A DNA stretch of 57,740 bases, counting the filler, from Sphacelaria rigidula (taxonomy: Eukaryota), in NCBI GenBank assembly GCA_964200075.2. It is 4 parts of 4 records of this genome, joined end to end, with 100 filler letters (N's around TTAATTAATTAA, not from the genome) between each part and the next. Parts side by side here need not be neighbours in the genome. Positions count along the whole stretch, not along the records: positions 43,384 to 57,740 come from CAXNAA020002295.1; 3 more parts are not named here. One strand, written 5' to 3'. Made by a program: the position numbers and the translations under genes. The notes below the pieces were generated by a model. It ran no database searches and was not told the origin of the DNA. It saw only the letters and a list, made by a program, of their open reading frames with translations. Positions 50,201-57,740 of the stretch are shown here, piece by piece. Every line of letters starts with the position of its first letter. Position 1 is the stretch's first letter.

Positions 50201-53200
50201 GGGCCTAGTTGCGGGAGCGTGTTGGTTTCGGCCTGCAGTATGACGTGAAGGCCAAGTGCGTCACTAGGCTGCTCCTGTTTCTTCGGAGCAGCCAAATATT
50301 ACGACAATCTCTCATTAAAACGTGAGAGGACTACGCTTCGTATGCGCTCGACAACATAATAATGAGTATCGCGGGGTGGGGCATTATCAGCCGCTGTGGT
50401 GCGGCCTGCCGATAACGCGAATGGCAGTACCGCGGCAGCCGGGTTCTTCCATGCTGGCTTCTTGATGCACCATCAGAACACCACATCAGTACTGCGGTGC
50501 TATCACGGCGGCTCCATCACGATCCTGTGTTGTGCCATGATTGTTTCATGGAGCTGCCGCCGTACTCTCACCCGGGATACTTGCAGTGAAACAAGGAGCG
50601 TAATGCTCTTCATCCACTTCACATATGTCATCAACACGATAGTGCTATACTTATGACGCGATGTGCACCTCTGGGCCCCCTCTCCTCTGCCTAGCATCTT
50701 CAGGAAGTGCGAGGGGCCCCAGTCCGTGAAGCCCCTTTGGCGGGTGCTTTCCAAATACGGACCATTAGCCCCCGTCGGTGCCACCCCGTCTTTGGCCAGA
50801 AGAACCATCGCGCCACGGAATGCCTCCCTGTGGTGGGAGCAATAAGAGCAACGAGGTAGTGACACGTGCCAAAGGCTTGCAAAACGAGCGTGTGACATCA
50901 GCAACATGGAGATATGTTGTGCATTCATTTGTTTGTTTGCCTTTCCCCTTCCTCTTATTCCGTCTCACTTGTACTCCACCTCGTCCTCGGAAAGTTCGGA
51001 CCCTCAAGAAATATTCAATCCATCGTAGACCTATCTGTTCGACCACTGATCAATTATCCGGTCCGCGCTTGCACAGTTCATCGACTGTTATCGATGTAAT
51101 ATTTTAATACTTTGAAGGACCTGCGCCCTCACTTTTCCGATGACCGAAACTAGATTTTTCAGTGGAAAGAGTTCGAACCCACAAGGTCCGCCCGAACTGT
51201 CCCTACGCGGGGTAGAAACCAACCTCGGAATTTACGAATCTTCACGAGCATGTGGAACAACGGTCATTCACGCACACATGGGCGTCATTCACGAACGCTA
51301 ACACTGTCGGTAAGGCGTGTACCGGGGGAGGGACGCCTTGATCCCCCGACACTATCACCTCATACCGAGTAGGGGAAGGGATTGATGTGTGACAGCAGCA
51401 ACAAAATACTCGACTGGGAGCAGTCCGAGGGTTGAAACTCGTGGCTTGCTGTGTGTCTGTGTGTATCTGGTCTTGCCAGGCGTCCGTGGGGCTGACGTTC
51501 ACCACGTGCTGTTGGTGTATGTAGACAACGATATTACGGAGGCGAGGCACGAGGAGAAATCGAAAGCGAACGAAACTCACGTGTAGATGGTATCGGTGTG
51601 GACTAGCCTGGCCAGATCGCGGCCGTTGCGGATGAAACGCTTAACAGGGTCTTCACGCATCTTCTGCAACGGTGTGCCGCCGTTCTGATACCGTTGCCCC
51701 CCCCCCCCCCGCCCGCCCAAACAAAAAGAAGGCAAACAAACACAATGGACCAATTGTCACGTGAATGTTGTGATCAACTTTACCAAACAGGTAGATGTAC
51801 AGTACGTGCCTCACCTCGAGAAAATTGCTATGTGCGGGGATACTTTTTCATATGTCTACATTGAGCCGATGTATCTTGGAAATCAGTTTATCATACACCT
51901 GTATATTGAGCCAGTTCTCCCAGTCCGTCATATAGTCCACTCCTGCTACGTTGGTAGTCTGTTTCACTTCCACGTCGATGGAGTCGAACGTGAGGTCATT
52001 CGCCAGTAGCTGCAAAAAAAAACGCGTGAATGTGGTCAAAGGCAGGTGGGCAAAACAAGAATCAAAATCAAGTCTACAAAAGCAGTAAGAACATGAATAG
52101 CACACGAAGGACACCAACAAGTTCACCTCTGTACAGGGACAAACTAGTGGAGAAGAATCCCTGAAGAAGGGGCGTACAAACTACTCTGGTAATCGAACAT
52201 AAACAAAACACACGTACTGCTGTGGCGCAGACGTACCAGTAATACCTTTCACGCATACGCGGCGGCATTCCGGCGGAGAAAACGGAAGGAGAGGCGCAGT
52301 CACAACAAGCTTGTGCAGACATGTCATGACAGAAACGGATCCGACAAATGAGCAACGTGCTTTCTTTGCTGCTGGTGTAAGCCGCTGCTTCACCATTACC
52401 ACCTCGATCCTGCTGGATGCAAGCGCAGATCCGACGGACAAGGTTTTGTCGAGCTACAGAAGTAACCGCTACCGCAGCATTCAAGAATGGCGGGTGCAAA
52501 TGCTTGCCCTCCTCGTTGACGTGCCGGACATCGCGCAGGAATATATCAAAACAAACGGCATTTTGTATCTGCCTTCCCAGACTTGGGCGTAACATGCAAA
52601 CCACGCCTCTCAGAACTTATCAGCCTGGTATTGCCACCCCTCGCCCTCCCATCACCGCCGAAGTCCGCACCTGGGACATGTAAGGTCCCTTGTCCACGCC
52701 GAGGAAGTTGGGACGATACAGTTGTTTTTCGGGGTCAATCGATCCATCCGTGCCCATGGCCACGTAGTTGGTGTCTAGGGGGAAGCCCTCCATTGCGGCC
52801 AGATTTTCTGTGCTCCCGAACGAAGAGTGGCGGTTTTGACGATGGTCGACAACAACAAAAAGGGTATACCGTGCCATGGCGCCTCCGTCAGCTTGCTGCT
52901 AAACGAACCTCGAGTACCTCCTTTGGCCGTTCGAGGTGGAGAATTTTGGGTGTCATGGAAACATACAACACTCTCTACTTGGACCAATCGTTACCATGAT
53001 GCCATCCTCGGCCAGAATTCCCACTTTAACTTCTTGCCGTCAAGGCGGGACGCTCATGTTGTTTCGATAGCTTGGAAAAATGCAGCAGCTCGCCATCACA
53101 GGGAAACTCTAATTCCTGCACGATTCACCAAGCCAAAAATATTGTACAAATGCCCAAGATCCAAACTGAGCTATTTTGTCTCGATGGGCTCTGGCCCCGC

Positions 53201-56200
53201 AAGAGCTCCATCGGTGCAAAAACACGGGCGTTGGAATTTAAGAGCGGGATTTGGGCCATGTATCTGGTCCATTACTGTCGAAACCATTCATGTTTTCTTC
53301 GCGTTTGTCGTGCTCAACGTTCCCGGCTAGAAGTCCGACGAGCATCATCATGACGCCAACATGAAACTTTGATACGCTGATGAGACCATGCTGGATGGGC
53401 GGAAGAGCACGACTGAGTGAACGGTCATGTGCTGTGCTGTACCGCACCTGCTGCCAGCTTGGTGATAGGGTTGGAGCCGTACTCGGTGAAAGGCACGTCT
53501 CGGGTGAGCGACATCCAGTAGCACTCCGCCATATGACCGGCCTGATTTTGCAGTTATTCCCAACGAACAGCAGCACCAGCCAACAGCAACCATCATAGAC
53601 GGTAGACACAAAAATCGCACCGAACGGTACGGTACAGAGTGGATGTCAAGAATCTTGTCAACTGTGAGGTACATGAGAGAAATACGTTCAAGGGTGGTTG
53701 TAAATGTCGATGTTGGAACCATGTTCCCCATCCCGTCCCCCCTCCCTGCTCATCGCTCCCTTTTTGATGGCTGGCGTCGGTTGACAACGCCGCTGTAAAA
53801 CACGCCCCTCACTGCGTATGTCAGGCAACCACACCTTGCCGGGAATTTTTTCGCGTGCGCTTTTTTGCGGGCGTCATGAGGGTGGTCGAGCTAGGTCATA
53901 CTGTGCGGAATGGGAAACTCGAGCTCCGCGCAAGGGAGATGATCGCGTAGTGGATATGTGGTCAGACACCCGTCAGGTAATGGGTAACCTGTGGCTGTCT
54001 CTGGAAGTGGCAATACGAGAAAATGAAGCATCTCATTCGAGGCTGTCATACGTATGCAAGATAATCTATAGGCTTCGGGCCGAACAATCTTGGCAGGGTA
54101 CAGCTTACCCTTCATGCGACTCGCCGAACACATCACGGCGCTTCGCGCTTGGTGACTACGAGCCTGGTCCGACGAAAACCCGGCGTGCTCCGTCACGGTT
54201 TTGCAGGGATGCGAGGTAAATGACCTTATGGTTACGTCATGCAAGATTATACATACATCCCCCTCCGTCTCGAAAGGGATGCGTGGTCAATGGTCAAACG
54301 ACTTAGGCAAGCAGAAAATGAGTACGCCCCCGCCCTCCCCGCTCGGGGGAGCTTGGGTTGACATTTTGCAGTGGTCCAAGTACTTGATCGTTACTGTGTA
54401 GACGTGATACCCACCATCTCGGGGGACGAAAGCGTTGGCGCCGGTGGTATGGATGTAGAAGAGCTGCACAGGACACACACGCATGATAGGGTGGGCAAAC
54501 GCAGTGCGACGACACAAAGGTGAGCATTTGCATCCTCTTGGTTCTTCATTTCTCAGCACCGCTACCCCCAGCGCCACGGTCGCTGTCAAAACCAAAAGTA
54601 GCAGTAACACTCCAACGTTGTGATGCGGCCCTTCAGTAGAGACTGCAGGTCACCCTGCAAAAACGGCAGCGCCAATGGTTAAATATGCGGCAACCGTAAA
54701 TGACGCCACAGAACATGAAAAGGTATCGCAGCAAATGCACAGCAGACACAGCCAGTTCCATCGCACTATGCATGGTACTTTTCCTCAACCCTTTGTCCTG
54801 ATGATGTGTACAAGACCTACCCACAGGGGCTCCCGAGGTCCACAGCCATACCGCCGAGGGGGTTGACGAGGTAACCTTCGCCACCGTTTGGAATGCTTTC
54901 GCATGTGTCGAAGTCTCCCGAGATGATGCAATCCTGAAGAACGGCGAAAGCAGCTTCATCCACCTGTGTGCACGAAATTCCCAAAAAAGCATGAAACTCC
55001 ACACGTAGGAACACTTCGAATAATCAAATCCTTCACAACGAGATCGCCCCGAATCTCGTGCGGATTGGCGTAAAGCACCACATACTGTACAACAGAAGGA
55101 GCGCGAGCTCCGTCCTTCCTTGGGAAAGCATGCTCACGACGACAGTGTTCACGTTCGACTCGCCACCTGTGTACTCGTGTGAACTCGTAGTAGGACCGAA
55201 GCGTATCCATATTCTTGCAAACCGGGCACGCCTTCTCAAACACGTACTGACGATCCACCACTATTTACATTCCTCGCGATCAGATTGTTTAGTCCTGCTC
55301 TACTTGCCACTCGCTCTTTTTTTCCCCGGTCCGGGGAGTCTGGCATTATTGGTCGCAATGGTAGTTTCCACGACACTATGGTGGTACTACCTTGGCAGCT
55401 CGTGGTGGTACCATCACAGTAAATTGGAGCCGTTCGTGGAACTTCCGTGAGACCTGGTATCATGGGAGATACATGAAAGGTCCCTCGTCGATCAGGCGTG
55501 CCGACGGCGTCGTATGAGACCTCCTGAGTAGTACAACAATATTCATTGTTCGCCAGTGTGACGCAAACCTTTGTCCGCTTTGTGCATGCGGGTTCATGTA
55601 TGGTTCCGGGTTAATGGGCTGCACGTCACCAGCCGTCAGCTGCGCCACAACACCAACGCGGATCTAAAATCAGGAGCTGGCGCCAACGCTTCGGACCTTT
55701 TGTGTACGTCGGTGGGGTATACTGTAGGTGTGGCCTATGTAAGCTCGTAGGGTATACACACCGGTGATGTGCATTAGAAGCGTGCACAGCTATGACATAT
55801 GCGTTGAAGGGGTGTGCACATGGGCTACATGTGAGTGAGCGCCCCCCCCAAATGGCAGTCGTACATCAAGGTATGATTGAGGATGTGTCCTGCACCATCT
55901 TTACACCACCATGGGAAAGTAGTAGCCCATGGAAGTAGTTCGAGAGCACCGTGACCATTGCATAAAATCATGACGGCCCAATGTCCCCGTGGCATCGCCT
56001 TGGCCGTGATATGACAATTTCATGAGGGCATCATAGTAGCACCGAAGTACTGGTACGATGTTCTGGTGGTGCATTCATCAAGTCACCACGAAAAAACTCG
56101 GCTACCATAGTTGTCCCATGCATCACCATGGTATTCCCGCCTTTGCGACCAACAATGCCAGTCACCCCTTTCCCGCGTCTTTCGTCGGCTCCTGTCGTAT

Positions 56201-57183
56201 TTCTTCTCGTTTGCTTCTTGTTTGCTTCTTGTTGTACTTGCTGTTGTCGAGTTCTCCCCTCCACAAGTGCCACCTTACATCAACGTCTGAGCTACGTCGA
56301 TAATGTCTAGACTACGGCGGGCTTGGTATCAAATCAGTCAACACGATACAGCAATCGGTCAACCACCAACCCCTGCGAAGACTCGTTAGCACCCACGCTT
56401 CGCCATAGTCACCTCTCCCAGTTCATTGTGAGGCAAAGTTTTGTGGAACTTCGCCATCAGGGCCTTGTCACGGTTTGGCCGCTGACAAACCGTCTGCGAT
56501 CCGGCTTTTTCCCTCTCCGCGGCCTCAAACCGTTGTTTTTTGGCGTCGGTAGCGCGGCGCCTCGGTCTCTGTACATTAGAGGGACGCAGTGGAGAGGGTA
56601 GGGGCATGCATCGCGCGCTGAAAACGATCAAGTCTGCGGCCCGGGCAGCAAAACGTGCAATCCATTTACTGCACCTGCGGTCGAGTTGCTTTTACCGGCC
56701 ATTCAAACCTGTCACACACTTCGTTTGCTCCGCGCATGCCTCGCGACTGGATGGACATGCTTCCCCCTTTCACAGGTGGAATGTTTGAACTTTATCGGAC
56801 GTTTACATCACCTGATTCAGCTCAGAAATCTTGAAACGACATCTATAGTGTCTCCTCGTGCCCGTCGAAAGCACTCTTTGTCTCTTGGCTAGGACGACGA
56901 CGAGAGGCCAGTAGAAGGCCAGAGAGTAGTTTATTGTTCAACTTTATCTCTTTTGCTACCATATTTCGGTGCTGAGGGGTGCAGTTGCGCTCACGCTGCT
57001 ATAAAAGTCCCACGAGTCATCTCTGCTGCAAGAATTGAGCGTCCAGAGGTGTCTTCCTTCATGCTCCGCCCCCCACACATTGTGAGGACTGTGCCGTTCG
57101 TCAACGCCGACAACTGATGCAACAGCTACAAGAAGCAGGCTGGCCGCCAGGGACGCCACTGGCAGCCCTCGAGAAGCCATCAT
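44284..57183 (-). CDS. vHPO: Vanadium-dependent haloperoxidase (iodoperoxidase-like), secreted, 14 exons identified, 3' end missing
   Basis: Exons 57183-56995, 56568-56413, 54963-54821, 54463-54415, 53541-53448, 52807-52671, 52009-51899, 51684-51581, 50827-50669, 49858-49633, 46268-46185, 45714-45586, 45104-45043 and 44368-44284 all have GT/AG boundaries and matching phases (1728 nt, 576 aa). Motifs: signal peptide, KFHKTLPH, YWMSLTRDVPF, RFIRNGRDLAR, WYQKWHVHMTLRPEA, GSPAHPSYPAGH, GEINKMGANVAFGRNHLGVHYRFD. Confidence 0.95.
47125..47761. mobile_element. Foldback MITE with internal duplicated arms, in haloperoxidase intron 10
   Basis: Perfect 23-bp TIR ACAGCCGATCATCGAAATTGAGG / CCTCAATTTCGATGATCGGCTGT; internal arms are homologous to 37130-37561. 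Confidence 0.8.
48143..48440. repeat. Minisatellite-like cluster of CTCCAGAGG / CCTCTGGAG motifs in both orientations
   Basis: The motif recurs about 12 times in 300 bp. Confidence 0.75.
49414..49478 (+). repeat. Copy of ~66-nt structured repeat (intronic, C-tract flanked)
   Basis: Matches the family consensus. Confidence 0.9.
54185..54325 (+). repeat. Divergent plus canonical tandem copies of the structured repeat
   Basis: A variant at 54185-54256 is followed directly by a canonical copy at 54263-54325. Confidence 0.8.
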
Positions 57184-57495
57184 CTGTGTTTTTGTGTGCA
57201 AGCGGCAAAAGAATGTGAATCGGTAGAGCGAAAGGGGAGGAGAGACCGGTGGGTTAGGGCAGGTGGTCGATAGATTTTCGCGGGGGCTCCACAACGTTCG
57301 AGTTGGTCTCATTCGAAAATGAAAGGTTACGTCAAAAGCTTGTCTAGCCAGTATCCAGTATACTTCATACTAAATGTAGACGGTAAAATTTGAGCGGTGC
57401 TTGAGTGTAAATGGATAAGCGTTGAAGTAGGACTTCATCGTTCGGCAATAGGAAAACGACAAAATGCTGGACGTGTCTCTATTCGAAAAGGAACA

Positions 57496-57642
57496 GTGCT
57501 CCATCTCGCAAGGAATGCGTGGTCAATGGTCAAACGACTGAGGCAAGTAGAAAATGAGCACGCCCCCTCCCCCCACCTGCTCCGTCTCGAAAGGAATGCG
57601 TGGTCAATGGCCACACGACTAAGGCAAGCAACACATGAGTAT
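57496..57642 (+). repeat. Two tandem copies of the ~66-nt structured repeat upstream of the haloperoxidase
   Basis: Copies at 57496-57561 and 57578-57642, each followed by a C tract. Confidence 0.9.
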
Positions 57643-57740
57643 GCCCCCCCCCCCCCCCCCCCCCCCCCCTAACCCCCAAAACGAAAAACACAGAAAAAAC
57701 CAACAAGCGACGGGGGAGAAGGAGGGGGAAAGGACAAAAA

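Noticed and set aside
50505-50563. Small intronic hairpin ACGGCGGCTCCAT...ATGGAGCTGCCGCCGT
   Set aside because: It is short and bulged, and lies in CCATG-rich repetitive sequence similar to 55900-56140.

Overview
This is eukaryotic, intron-rich DNA, very probably from a brown alga (Phaeophyceae), judged from its gene content. It is not one locus. Four contigs of decreasing length (1-14363, 14464-28825, 28926-43283, 43384-57740) are joined by artificial N44-TTAATTAATTAA-N44 linkers. Three genes are well supported. (i) A vanadium-dependent haloperoxidase on the minus strand of contig 4: 14 exons reconstructed in frame (576 aa), final exon not found, with an iodoperoxidase-like HPSYPAGH motif. 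(ii) An uninterrupted ORF in contig 3 with 19 tandem 38-aa EsV-1-7 (C-x4-C-x16-C-x2-H) repeats; it has a hypervariable di-residue and decayed, frameshifted repeats upstream. (iii) A WRKY19-like C-x4-C-x9/10-C-x2-HGGG zinc-finger repeat gene in contig 2. The rest is rich in repeats: a tRNA-derived SINE, piggyBac-type and other MITE/foldback elements, a structured ~66-nt C-tract-flanked repeat, satellites, and probable decayed KDZ-type transposase relics. The most intriguing items are the TALE-like variability of the EsV-1-7 array, the covarying structured 66-nt repeat, and a near-perfect pre-miRNA-like hairpin in the haloperoxidase intron.
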